From: Treponemataceae bacterium
GTDB lineage: Bacteria; Spirochaetota; Spirochaetia; Treponematales; Rectinemataceae
Direction of reading: 5' to 3'
Assembly: GCA_963678065.2 (NCBI GenBank)
Contig: CAXXVZ010000002.1
Coordinates: 192,001-256,000 of the forward strand
DNA: 64,000 nucleotides
Of this stretch, positions 37,180 to 46,751 are shown piece by piece. Position numbers and translations under genes: made by a program. Below the pieces are notes generated by a model. That model did no database searches. It saw nothing but the letters and a program-made list of their open reading frames with translations, and had not been told where the DNA came from. Numbering within the stretch: the stretch's first letter is position 1; the number at the start of each line of letters is the position of its first letter.

Positions 37180-38361
37180 CTATCGCTTGTACGAGCGCGA
37201 GAAATCGTCCTCGCCGACCTCGAATTTCCTCTCGACCTTCACGAAGCGGGAGCTTGCGGCGAGTTCGCTCAACCTTTCTTCGAAGGCCCCCCTGGGCAGC
37301 GGAAGCTCCACGCTCCGTTTTTCAAGAGCCGAAAATACGATGGCGTTGTCGAGCGTCACCATGCTGATCCCTTCCCGGGCGTCGATGCGCGGAGCCCTGC
37401 CTTCGCGGATCGCGGCCCCGAAGTCCTCGAGCACGATGCGGTGGTTGCCCGACATCGGACCCGTCACCGGGATCTCGGTCTCCTCGGAGGCGAGTGGCTC
37501 CCAGGGAGCTTTCGCCTCGCGCAGGTGGGCGAGCATGGATTTCGCGTTCTTCGAGAAGAAGAGCCTGCCTTTCTCGCAGACGAGCCTTCCGTTCTCGCCC
37601 ACGATCTCGAGCCGGTTCGTGCCGGGCGACTCGCCTGTCGAGGTGATGAAGTGCCCGACCATACCGTTCCCGTACTCGAAATAGGCCGTCACCTCGTCCT
37701 CGACTTCGATGTCGTGGTATTTCCCGATGCCCGCGAAGGCGGTGACACGGGAGGGCATTCCGACGAACCACTGGAAGAGGTCGAGATTGTGCGGGCACTG
37801 GTTCATGAGCACTCCGCCTCCCTCGCCCGACCAGGTCGCCCGCCATCCGCCCGAATCGTAGTAGGCCTGGGTCCGGAACCAGTCGGTGATGATCCAGGAA
37901 GTCCTGACTATCCGTCCGAGCTCGCCGGAATCGATCATCTGTTTCACCTTCATCCAGTTGCCCTGGGTGCGCTGCTGGAACATCGCCGTGAACACGAGTT
38001 CGGGGTGGGCGGGCTTCGCCGCCTCGTAGGCCGCGATCATGGCGCGCGCGTCCTCCACGTGAACCGCGATCGGCTTCTCCGAGAGCACGCTCACGCCGCG
38101 TTTGAAGGCTTCGATCGCGATCGTCGTGTGATCGTAGTGCGGCGTGGCGATGACGACTCCATCGACGAGCCCCGAATCGAGCAGTTCCGCCGCGTCAAAA
38201 AAGGCGGACAGCCCGTACTTCGCGGCAGCGGCTTCGGCCTTCGTCCTGTCGATGTCGCAGACCGCCGCGAGCGCGACGCCTTCCATCGCGGAAAGCTCGC
38301 GCATGTGCTGGCTTCCCATGTTTCCGAGGCCGATGACGGCCAGACGGGCTTTCCCCTTCAT
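37180..38361 (-). CDS. Gfo/Idh/MocA-family oxidoreductase
   Basis: GLGNMG..H, ATPHY.H, EKP, WRATW.GEGGGVL.NQCPH.LD. Confidence 0.93.
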   Translation of the reverse strand: MKGKARLAVIGLGNMGSQHMRELSAMEGVALAAVCDIDRTKAEAAAAKYGLSAFFDAAELLDSGLVDGVVIATPHYDHTTIAIEAFKRGVSVLSEKPIAVHVEDARAMIAAYEAAKPAHPELVFTAMFQQRTQGNWMKVKQMIDSGELGRIVRTSWIITDWFRTQAYYDSGGWRATWSGEGGGVLMNQCPHNLDLFQWFVGMPSRVTAFAGIGKYHDIEVEDEVTAYFEYGNGMVGHFITSTGESPGTNRLEIVGENGRLVCEKGRLFFSKNAKSMLAHLREAKAPWEPLASEETEIPVTGPMSGNHRIVLEDFGAAIREGRAPRIDAREGISMVTLDNAIVFSALEKRSVELPLPRGAFEERLSELAASSRFVKVERKFEVGEDDFSRSYKR

Positions 38362-40022
38362 GTCGACTCCTTGTGTGCGCGCGGCTCTGTCCGCGGTATG
38401 GTCATCCGCACGCCGAAGCCGGTCTCCATGTCGAGCAATTCGAGGCCGTAGGGCGGGCCGAAACTCATCCTGATCCTGTCGTGGACGTTGAAAAGTCCAC
38501 CCTCGTGTCCCGTGCGGTTCTGGGTGCGGGCGAAACTCATGCGCAGCGATTGTGCGACCTCGGGCGGACATCCGGGGCCGTCGTCCCTCACGTCGACGAC
38601 GACGCTATTTCCCTCGGGATGGGCGCGGATGGCTATATGCATGCCGCCCCGCCCCTCGTGCACACCGTGGGTGAAGCAATTCTCGACGATGGGCTGGATG
38701 CCGAAGCGGCAGATCCGCGCGTTGGAGACGGACCCATCGACATCGATGCTCCAGGTGAAGCGATCCTTGTACCGCACATCCTGGATGGCGATGTAGCTGC
38801 GCACGTACTCGAGCTCCTCGGAGAGGGTGACGATGTCGCGCGTGCGGCGCACCGTCATGTGGAGCATCGACGAGAGCGCCTTCAGCATGCGCATGAGCGT
38901 GTCGAAATCGTGCGCTTCGGCGACGCCGATCATGCTGTCCAGGGTGTTGAACAGGAAGTGCGGGTTGATTTTGGCCTGCAGGGCCTCGAAGCGCGCGACG
39001 AGTTGCTCCTTCTCGAAACTGCGCGCGCGTCTGAAGGCCTGGAGGAGCATGAGTCCGAGGATGATGACTGCGACGAGGGCGGCGATACCCACCGTAGCCA
39101 CGTTCATGGCTATCCGCCTGACGTTTTTCATGACCGCAGCCGCGGGGACCCGCCCCACGCAGAGGAGGTTGAGGCGGTCGTCCTTGTAGGATGCCTCTAT
39201 GTTCTTGCTGCCGGGAGCGAGATAATCGCCCGGCGAACGCGTGATTCTCTCGGCCGGAGCGGCGGAAAACTCCGGGACGAAAGGGTGCAGAAGGACGACA
39301 GGCAGATTGCGCGTCGTTTCCACCAGGATTCCCTCCCTGTCGTAGAAAGAAAGCTCGATGGGATATTCGCTTCCGCCCGTATCGCGGTTCAATTTGTTCA
39401 TGAGGTCGTCGAGGATCACGGTCATGTCGATCTCGAAAAATGCGGTCATGGCGGGTTCCATCCCGACGTAGTACGAGACGACGACGGGCAGGATCGTTCC
39501 GATGCCGGTGGTGCCGCGGAAGGGGGGCGCGACGAAGCCCAGGTTTCTTCTGATTCCGAGATTGCCGAAGGTCCCGTTCCGCACGGAACCCGCGAGATCG
39601 AGATAATCGCGCCACCAGTTCCTCCGGTTCGGCGACTCCCTCGGGGTCCCCAGCGCGATTATCGGCGGGGCGCCCCGCCGGACGATCCAGGCGCCGGTGC
39701 AGCCGATGAGACCGGCCTGGATCTGGCCGAGCTGTTCCCTGATGACGGCCGGATCCTTCGCGCCGCGGGCCTCGTAGGTGGCCATCAGGTTCATGGCCTC
39801 GTCGGCCGCGAGGGAGAGGACATTCACGATCGAGGAGTTGACCGAGATGACGCGGTTCGTGATGGCGACTTCCGTGTTGTCCACCAGTTCATCGGCCAGC
39901 CTGGAGAAGACGATTGTCGTGGTCGCAACGAGCCCCGCGAGGAGGACGGCCACGACGGCGAAGGAGAGGAGTTCGACGGAGCGTTTGCCGGTCGCCGCGC
40001 GCGGCGATGCGCCCGAGCTCAC
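38358..40022 (-). CDS. YesM-like sensor histidine kinase
   Basis: LQAKINPHFLFNTL, EEL.Y...Y..IQ..RY, QPIVEN...HG, DDGPG; GTGA overlap. Confidence 0.9.
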   Translation of the reverse strand: MSSGASPRAATGKRSVELLSFAVVAVLLAGLVATTTIVFSRLADELVDNTEVAITNRVISVNSSIVNVLSLAADEAMNLMATYEARGAKDPAVIREQLGQIQAGLIGCTGAWIVRRGAPPIIALGTPRESPNRRNWWRDYLDLAGSVRNGTFGNLGIRRNLGFVAPPFRGTTGIGTILPVVVSYYVGMEPAMTAFFEIDMTVILDDLMNKLNRDTGGSEYPIELSFYDREGILVETTRNLPVVLLHPFVPEFSAAPAERITRSPGDYLAPGSKNIEASYKDDRLNLLCVGRVPAAAVMKNVRRIAMNVATVGIAALVAVIILGLMLLQAFRRARSFEKEQLVARFEALQAKINPHFLFNTLDSMIGVAEAHDFDTLMRMLKALSSMLHMTVRRTRDIVTLSEELEYVRSYIAIQDVRYKDRFTWSIDVDGSVSNARICRFGIQPIVENCFTHGVHEGRGGMHIAIRAHPEGNSVVVDVRDDGPGCPPEVAQSLRMSFARTQNRTGHEGGLFNVHDRIRMSFGPPYGLELLDMETGFGVRMTIPRTEPRAHKEST

Positions 40023-40897
40023 GCCTCTCCCCCGTGCAGCCCGGCATCGTCGTCGGGGCAGTTCCCGCAACCTTCATCGGAACGGCCGGAGGAAGGGATT
40101 CCGGGGAGGACCCGGCCGCCCGACTTCCGGTAAGCTCCCGGACTCGTGCCGGCGATTTTCCTGAAAAGCTTGGAGAATGTGGGCAAGTCGGGGAAGGCCA
40201 GCCTGTCTGCGATCTCCTTCAGGGGGAGGTCGCCGGTCACGAGAAGCTCGCGGGCTTTTTCGACGCGGTAGAGCCGCGCGTACTCCATGAAAGAGCAGCC
40301 GTATATCTTCTTGAAGCCCGAGCTGAGCCAGGACGGAGATACGCAGGCGGCGCGCGCCGCGTCGTCGAGCGAAAAGCGCGAGTCGCAGTTCAGCTCGATG
40401 AAGGCCAGGGCCTTGCGGACGGCCTCGGGCAATTCCCTCCCCCTCCTCGGTTCCGGAAGTCTGCCCGCCCTGATCGCTCCCGATCCCTCCGCGCCGCGCC
40501 TATCCGCCTGCGAGGCGGAGCCGCAGACAAGCTTTGCGGTGATTTTCCCGAGAAGGGCCTTCATGTCCTCCGGGAATACCGGCTTCAGAAGGAAGTCGAA
40601 AACGCCGAGCCGGATGGCCTGCTGTGCGTAGGTAAAATCGTCGTAGCCGGAGACGACGACGGCGAGGCCCTTCCAGCCAGAATCACGCAGGCGCGACAGG
40701 AGGGAGAGCCCGTCTTCTCCGGGCATGCGGATGTCGGTGAAAAGGACGGCGGGATTCGCCCTCCCCACGGCCGAATAGGCCTCCGACGAACAGGAACAGC
40801 GCGCGACGACGGAAAACCCGCATCCGTACTCCTCGATATACGAGGAGTAGCGCTCGAGGGCCGCGGGCTCGTCGTCGACTACGATGGTCTTGATCAT
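40019..40897 (-). CDS. YesN-like response regulator (REC + AraC HTH)
   Basis: VDDE, TDIRMP..DG, SGYDDF.YAQ.A, LLKP; C-terminal AraC motif FSK.F.K..G.SP..YR. Confidence 0.92.
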   Translation of the reverse strand: MIKTIVVDDEPAALERYSSYIEEYGCGFSVVARCSCSSEAYSAVGRANPAVLFTDIRMPGEDGLSLLSRLRDSGWKGLAVVVSGYDDFTYAQQAIRLGVFDFLLKPVFPEDMKALLGKITAKLVCGSASQADRRGAEGSGAIRAGRLPEPRRGRELPEAVRKALAFIELNCDSRFSLDDAARAACVSPSWLSSGFKKIYGCSFMEYARLYRVEKARELLVTGDLPLKEIADRLAFPDLPTFSKLFRKIAGTSPGAYRKSGGRVLPGIPSSGRSDEGCGNCPDDDAGLHGGEA

Positions 40898-40910
40898 GGG
40901 ATAAGGAAGT

Positions 40911-41816
40911 TTAGCCCTTGATTCCCGACAGGGCAATTCCCTCCACGAAGAATCTCTGGAGGAAGACGTACACCGTGAGGAGCGGCACTATCGCGAGTAT
41001 GGTCGCCGCCATGACCAGGTTCCACTGCACGTCGAAGTCTCCCCGCATGATGGCGAGCCCCAGGGTGAGGGTCCGCTTCGTCTCCGAGTTGATGAAGACG
41101 AGGGCGTAGAGGTATTCGTTCCAGATCGCGAGCAGGGTGATGATGAGAAGTGTCGTGAGCGCAGGTTTCGCGAGCGGGATGATGATTTTGGAGAAGCGCG
41201 CCCAGTAGCCATAGCCGTCGATGATCGCCGCCTCTTCGAGTTCGCGGGGGATGCTGAGGAAGAACTGACGGAGAAGGAAGGTCCCGTAGGCGGTGAAGAT
41301 GCCCGTCAGGATGAGGGAGAGCCGCGTGTCGATGAGGCCCGCCATGCGGAAAAGAACGAAATTCGGAATGAGGGTGACCTGCCGCGGAACCATGAGTGTC
41401 GCGAGGTAGACCAGAAAAAGAACATCGCGCCCGGGGAACTTGAGCCTCGCGAAGGCGTAGGCGGCCATGGACGAGGTCAGGAGGGTCCCCGCGCAGCAGG
41501 CGACGGTGACCCAGACCGTGTTGAGGAAATAACTGAAGAAGGGGATCGTCTTGAAGACGTTCACGTAGTTTTCGAACTTGGGGACCTTGGGAAAGGGATT
41601 CGACACGTCTTTGATGACTTCCGCGTAGGATTTGAGCGAGATCCCGACGGCCCAGAGGAGGGGCACGAGGATCACCGCGGTGACGATGAGGATGACGAGC
41701 CAGATGACGAGATTCCCGATCGCCCGTTTGGCCCGCCAGGTTTCGATACCGACGCTTCCTCTCGTGGCGACGGCCGCCTGCGTGTTTGTCGCCTTGATTC
41801 CGTTCGGTGCGCTCAT
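40911..41816 (-). CDS. Carbohydrate ABC transporter permease
   Basis: EAA loop IPRELEEAA.IDG, WNEYL. Confidence 0.95.
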   Translation of the reverse strand: MSAPNGIKATNTQAAVATRGSVGIETWRAKRAIGNLVIWLVILIVTAVILVPLLWAVGISLKSYAEVIKDVSNPFPKVPKFENYVNVFKTIPFFSYFLNTVWVTVACCAGTLLTSSMAAYAFARLKFPGRDVLFLVYLATLMVPRQVTLIPNFVLFRMAGLIDTRLSLILTGIFTAYGTFLLRQFFLSIPRELEEAAIIDGYGYWARFSKIIIPLAKPALTTLLIITLLAIWNEYLYALVFINSETKRTLTLGLAIMRGDFDVQWNLVMAATILAIVPLLTVYVFLQRFFVEGIALSGIKG

Positions 41817-41829
41817 TTCCGGCCCCCCT

Positions 41830-42723
41830 TCATTCCTGGACCCACTTTTTCGAGGACCGGTTCTGAAACAGCGTGAACACGAGTATTATCAGGAACAGCA
41901 TGAGGGCCATGGCCGAAGCGTAGCCCATGCGGAAATTTCTGAAGGCCGACTGGAAGATGTACATGACGAGGGTGTTGGTCGCATTCCCGGGTCCTCCCTG
42001 GGTCAGGACCGAGGTGAGGTCGAAAACCTGGAAGGCGCTTATTATCGAGGTGACGAGGACGAAAAAGGTCGTCGGCGAAATGAGAGGAACGGTGATGTGC
42101 ACGAATTCCTGGAAGACATTGGCTCCGTCCACTCTCGCGGCCTCGTAGTAGGTGCGCGAAATCCCCTGCAATCCCGCGAGAAAAATGACCATCACGTAGC
42201 CGATCTCCTTCCAGACGGCCACGCCGATGACACTGGGCATGGCATACTTCGTCGACGAGAGCCAGGGCACGGGTTCCCCTCCGAAAAATCTGACGATGAG
42301 GTTGAGAAGACCCGAGGACTGCTCGAAGAGTGGCTGCCAGATCAGGGCCACGGAAACCGCCGAACAGATCACCGGAATGAAGACGATCGTGCGGAAAAAA
42401 TTGCGGCCGCGGATCTGGCGGTTGAGGATTATGGCGAGAAACATCGCGATCGCCATGGTGAGAGGAACCTTCGCGAAGACAAAGAGCGCCGTATTGGCCG
42501 TCGACTTCCAGAAGAGCGAGTCCGCAAAGAGCTCAGCGAAATTCGCGAACCCGAGAAAGCTCGGCTTGTTGAGGAGCTTCCAGTCGAAAAAACTCAGGAC
42601 GAAGGAAGTGATCACGGGAATGGCCGTGAGTACGAGAAAGCCCAGGAGATTGGGCAGAAAGAACAGGATCGCAGCGATTATTTCCTTTCTCTGCGAGTCG
42701 AATCGGCGGGATCTCATGGGCAT
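41830..42723 (-). CDS. Carbohydrate ABC transporter permease
   Basis: FLAGLQGI....YEAA.VDGA, T.GGP. Confidence 0.95.
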   Translation of the reverse strand: MPMRSRRFDSQRKEIIAAILFFLPNLLGFLVLTAIPVITSFVLSFFDWKLLNKPSFLGFANFAELFADSLFWKSTANTALFVFAKVPLTMAIAMFLAIILNRQIRGRNFFRTIVFIPVICSAVSVALIWQPLFEQSSGLLNLIVRFFGGEPVPWLSSTKYAMPSVIGVAVWKEIGYVMVIFLAGLQGISRTYYEAARVDGANVFQEFVHITVPLISPTTFFVLVTSIISAFQVFDLTSVLTQGGPGNATNTLVMYIFQSAFRNFRMGYASAMALMLFLIILVFTLFQNRSSKKWVQE

Positions 42724-42772
42724 TTCTCCGGAAAGGTGGCGGACGGCGGGACTCGCGGCTCCGCGAACGAAC

Positions 42773-42814
42773 CCGGGGCTGGCGTAGCGGGACTTTCCGC
42801 TACGCTAGCCCCGG
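42773..42814. other. Intercistronic hairpin after the SBP gene (mRNA-stabilising or attenuating)
   Basis: 18-bp inverted repeat with one mismatch, CCGGGGCTGGCGTAGCGG-N6-CCGCTACGCTAGCCCCGG. Confidence 0.7.
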
Positions 42815-42828
42815 ATCGGAAACGATGC

Positions 42829-44094
42829 TTACTTGCCGGTCCTGTCAAGAACGGCCTGAGCCTTGGACGCGATTTCCTTCATGGCGACTTCCGCGGTCTT
42901 GTCGCCCGTGAGTACGAGCTGGAGGGCGGGCCTCACGATCTGCTCGACCTCGAGCCAGCCGGCGCGCAGCGGGAGTTTGTGGCCATAGAACTTGGAGATC
43001 GCCTTGGAGTTGGCCTCGACGAGCTTGGGATACTTGGTGGTGTCGGCGTAGAGGCCCCAGTACTTGGCTGAGTCCATGGTCGGCGGCATGCGCTTGGCCT
43101 GCATGTAGAGAGTCTCGCCCTTGCCTTCCGGTCCGCGGAGGTACTTGAGGAAGGTCCAGGCCGCGTCCTGCTTCTTGCTGCCGGCAGCGATGCCGACGAT
43201 GTTGGACTTGAACACGCTGGTGTTCTTGAACTTGCCGTTGGGCATGGGCATGACTTCGAAGCGGACACCCTCGACTTTCTGGGTCGAGAGGATCTCGGCG
43301 GCCGATCCCATGCGCATGGCGACCTTGTTGTTGACGAAGAGTCTGGTATTGATATCGGCGGTCGCGGAGACTGTCTCGGGGGGCAGGTATCCCTGCTTGA
43401 GAAGGTCGGCGAGGCGCTGAATGGCCTGCACCGCGGCGCTCTGATCGAGAGTGAATTTACTCCTGTCGGCGCTGAAGAGGTCGCCGCCGTTCGCCCAGAC
43501 CCAGGGAAGAATGGTGGAGATCGTGCCGGCTTCGAAGGCGAATCCGTATACTTTGTCGGCACCGGAGCCCTTGGTCACGGCCTTGCAGATCGCGACGAAG
43601 TCATCCCAGGACCAGTCGTTGGAGGGCATCTTGACCCCGGCCTTCTCGAGCACATCGAGATTGACGAACATGTACAGAGGCGATGTCGCCCAGGGAAGCC
43701 CGTAGAGCTTGTTGTTGTAGGTGCACTCTTCGATGCCCTGCTGGTAGTAGCCGGACAGGTCGATTTTCTCTTTGGCGACAAGGTCGTCAATGCCCTTCAG
43801 GGCTCCGACCTTCATGAAGTCGTCGAAGTAGTAGGAATCGACGCGCATGACGTCCGGAGCGGCGCCGCCGGCGATCATGGTGAGAAGTTTGGTGTGGTAG
43901 TCGCCGTAGGCCGAGACGATGGGCTCGACCTTGATGCCGGGATTGAGGGACTCGAATTCCTCGATGATGTCTTTTTCGACGCCGATGGCGTCCGGGTTGC
44001 CCCAGAACGCGTACTTGATGGTCGTTTTGGCCTGCGCGCCGGCGATGGACGCCACGAGGGCGAGGGCTGCGAGCGTTGCGAGAAGTCGTTTCAT
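42829..44094 (-). CDS. Carbohydrate ABC transporter substrate-binding protein (family 1)
   Basis: Signal peptide, KL.T.IAGG.APDV, YGLP, WSWDDF, AW.FLKY. Confidence 0.93.
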   Translation of the reverse strand: MKRLLATLAALALVASIAGAQAKTTIKYAFWGNPDAIGVEKDIIEEFESLNPGIKVEPIVSAYGDYHTKLLTMIAGGAAPDVMRVDSYYFDDFMKVGALKGIDDLVAKEKIDLSGYYQQGIEECTYNNKLYGLPWATSPLYMFVNLDVLEKAGVKMPSNDWSWDDFVAICKAVTKGSGADKVYGFAFEAGTISTILPWVWANGGDLFSADRSKFTLDQSAAVQAIQRLADLLKQGYLPPETVSATADINTRLFVNNKVAMRMGSAAEILSTQKVEGVRFEVMPMPNGKFKNTSVFKSNIVGIAAGSKKQDAAWTFLKYLRGPEGKGETLYMQAKRMPPTMDSAKYWGLYADTTKYPKLVEANSKAISKFYGHKLPLRAGWLEVEQIVRPALQLVLTGDKTAEVAMKEIASKAQAVLDRTGK

Positions 44095-44140
44095 GAATGC
44101 CTCCTTGAAATGATTCTGCGTTTCCACATGAAGATTTATG

Positions 44141-44197
44141 AGTATAGGAATGGTTTTCCGCCCCGCGATATGTCAGCGTATGAACGGGAGTTGTCAA
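44141..44197 (-). promoter_or_regulatory. Activator-type promoter (copy 1) upstream of the ABC operon
   Basis: Minus strand TTGACAA-N13-GCTGACATATCG-N19-TATACT; identical geometry at 45561-45617. Confidence 0.72.
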
Positions 44198-44272
44198 AAA
44201 ATCAGCAGTCGCTCAGGACATCGCCCGCTCTCTTTTTTCAGCAGTCGCGATAGCTCGCCATCGCGACCTTTC

Positions 44273-45493
44273 TTAGTAGTCGCGATGGCGGTCGAACTCG
44301 TCCAGCATGGCCATGAAATTGTCGTACTTCGTGCCCACGGCTACGGAGTGGCTCGAGCCGAAAATGTAGCCGCCGGGACGCCCGTCGGGCCCCGGTGTCT
44401 TTCCCGCGGCGAGCGCCGCGCGCACATCGGCCCGAACTTCCTCCATCGATCCGTCGACGAGGTGCTCGACGGGAAGGCCGCCCCACTGGCAGATCCTGTC
44501 CCCGTACGCGGCCCTGACGCCCGCGAGGTCCATGCCCGCGGTCGGCTGGATGGACTGGTAGCAGGCGTAGCCTATTTCGGCAAACTGGTCCATGAGCTCG
44601 GTGTTGTTTCCGCAGGCGTGCTTGAACACCGGCAGACCGTACTCTTCCGCGAGTATGCGCACGCGCTTTTTCGCGAAGTCCGTGACGTAGCGGCGGAACA
44701 TGTCCGGAGAAATCATGGGGCCCGTCTTGTAGGCGAAATCCTGGGCCCACATCACGGCGTCCTGGCCGGGGCGTATCATGGCGCGGTCGCGCGCGCAGGC
44801 GCGTCGGAACTGTTCGCGGGCGACGGCGAGGGCGAGATCCGGCTGCAGCGCATACTCGCACAGCGAGCGCTCCGACAGCGGCGAGTTCGTTCCCGTAAAG
44901 AAAGGCAGCTCCGATTCGTCGCCCGCGGCCCAGAGAATGTACCTGTCGGCGCCCAGTTCCCGGATTACATGGTCGACGACTTCGAAGATGGAGGGATCAG
45001 GCGCTTCGACTGCGGAAAGATCGCTCTCCGCGACAGTGCCATGCGCAGACACCGTAGCGGGCATCCCACCGGGAACGCCGATCTCACGCTCCCACTCGCC
45101 GGGGTCCTCGACGATCGAGATGTCCATCGTGGCCTCGGAGAGCCTGTAGACGCGCCCCTCGCGGTCGCGCCAGGTGCCCTCGGCGATTTTCGCGGGAGCC
45201 TCGGGCCTGTAGCCCTTGGGAGGCACCGTGCCGAAGGCCATGGCGTTCACGTTGACGATATCGTAGACGCCGAGCTTCCGGTACAGTTCGACGGAATCTT
45301 CCTTCCAGCTCTGGACGACCTCGTCGCGCCGTCCCTCCCAGAACGCGATCTGGGACTTGGCTTTGGCCCTGAGGTAGGTCTCGTGTCCGAGAATCCGCTC
45401 TGCAGTATCGAAATCGATGGCGAACTCGCCGGCCGGAATCCTGTCCGGCTGTTCATGGGCGAGGGCTGCCCTGACGCGCTCTTTGGAATTCAC
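44273..45493 (-). CDS. Uroporphyrinogen-decarboxylase-superfamily protein (MtaA/CmuA-like)
   Basis: MNSKERV..AL.H..PDR.P, QD.A...GP.ISP..FR, KHACGN, GG....GSSHS. Confidence 0.87.
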   Translation of the reverse strand: MNSKERVRAALAHEQPDRIPAGEFAIDFDTAERILGHETYLRAKAKSQIAFWEGRRDEVVQSWKEDSVELYRKLGVYDIVNVNAMAFGTVPPKGYRPEAPAKIAEGTWRDREGRVYRLSEATMDISIVEDPGEWEREIGVPGGMPATVSAHGTVAESDLSAVEAPDPSIFEVVDHVIRELGADRYILWAAGDESELPFFTGTNSPLSERSLCEYALQPDLALAVAREQFRRACARDRAMIRPGQDAVMWAQDFAYKTGPMISPDMFRRYVTDFAKKRVRILAEEYGLPVFKHACGNNTELMDQFAEIGYACYQSIQPTAGMDLAGVRAAYGDRICQWGGLPVEHLVDGSMEEVRADVRAALAAGKTPGPDGRPGGYIFGSSHSVAVGTKYDNFMAMLDEFDRHRDY

Positions 45494-45560
45494 GGATACC
45501 TCCCTTGTCCCGCATGCGAATCAGGCGGGGACTTCCGCCACTCCCACCCTGCGTGAGAAC

Positions 45561-45617
45561 AGTATAGGGGGCGATTCCGGGAAGCCGATATGTCAGCCTT
45601 GCCGGGAAACTTGTCAA
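45561..45617 (-). promoter_or_regulatory. Activator-type promoter (copy 2)
   Basis: Same three blocks as 44141-44197, each at offset 1420. Confidence 0.72.
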
Positions 45618-45671
45618 TTTACCGCCGGAACCGGAACAATATCCGAAATTCCTGAAAATCAGGCCTGGATC

Positions 45672-46655
45672 CTAAATCCCGCAGTATTCCAGAACCGCCC
45701 GGTATCCCCATTCGTCCCACTCCTCTTTGACCCCGATACCCGGAAGGTCGGGATAGACCTTGACGATGAGGCAGCCGTCGAAAATCCGGCACATGGTCAG
45801 GGTCTGTTCCCGGATATAGTCGCGGTCCCCCGTCGGCAGGACTTTCTGGATGTCGATGGGGCTCCAGAGGGCCACGCGGCGCCTGCGGAACAGGGCAAGG
45901 AGGTCCTCCATGTCGTAGACCGTCGGCTGGTCGAACTGGAAAGCGTCCACGCCGCAATCGATCAGGTCATCCAGTATGGCACGATTCTGGCCGCAGCTGT
46001 GCATGAGCACCTTCATGCCCGCTTCGTGGGCCATGCCCATAAGGCGGGAATAGAGATCCTTGAAGTAGTCTCTGAACATGGAGGGGGAAAAGAGCAGTCC
46101 CGTCTGGGTCCCCATATCCTCGCCGATCATGATCGCTTCGGCTCCGGCCTTCGCTGAGGCCAGGATGAGGCTCTCATACAGTTCCGCCACGCGCTCGTGC
46201 ACGGCACAAAGCTCTTCCGGATAGAGGGCCATATCCAGGAGGTAGACCTCGAGCTTTCGCAGGTAGCGCGCGTTGTCGAAGACCCAACCGCCGATGCTGG
46301 CGACGCGGTACTTTCCCCCATCCGGGTCTTCGGCGAAGCCGGCGCGGATCCGCTGGGCTGCCTTGTCAATATCGTAGGCGGGCGCGCGGAAGGATTTCAG
46401 CCCCTCCCAGGTCGGAAGGGCTGGGGTATGGATTTCTCCTTTGACCGGACCATCCATCATGCGGACCCAGAGATTGCCCCACATATCGTCGTAATATTCT
46501 TTGTTGTCCTCTTTCCAGCGCTTTTGGACATAGCCCTCGGGACTTCCCGGAAAGCCGAACACCATGTCGCAGAGGCGGCCCCGGTCGAAGGTCAGTCCGG
46601 GGCGCAGGGCTCCGGTCTGATTCAGGTTTGCGAGAACGATTTCCCTCGAAGTCAT
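45672..46655 (-). CDS. Uroporphyrinogen-decarboxylase-superfamily protein
   Basis: MTSRE.V, D.WG..W, EDMGTQ....SP..FR, MHSCG, DIQ..LP.G. Confidence 0.87.
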   Translation of the reverse strand: MTSREIVLANLNQTGALRPGLTFDRGRLCDMVFGFPGSPEGYVQKRWKEDNKEYYDDMWGNLWVRMMDGPVKGEIHTPALPTWEGLKSFRAPAYDIDKAAQRIRAGFAEDPDGGKYRVASIGGWVFDNARYLRKLEVYLLDMALYPEELCAVHERVAELYESLILASAKAGAEAIMIGEDMGTQTGLLFSPSMFRDYFKDLYSRLMGMAHEAGMKVLMHSCGQNRAILDDLIDCGVDAFQFDQPTVYDMEDLLALFRRRRVALWSPIDIQKVLPTGDRDYIREQTLTMCRIFDGCLIVKVYPDLPGIGVKEEWDEWGYRAVLEYCGI

Positions 46656-46751
46656 TCTTCCTCTCCTGTAGAATAGGTAATTGTATTTTATATCCATCAA
46701 AACGTGTAAACTATGGAAAATGGTGACATTATTTTGTACTCTGGTATCATT

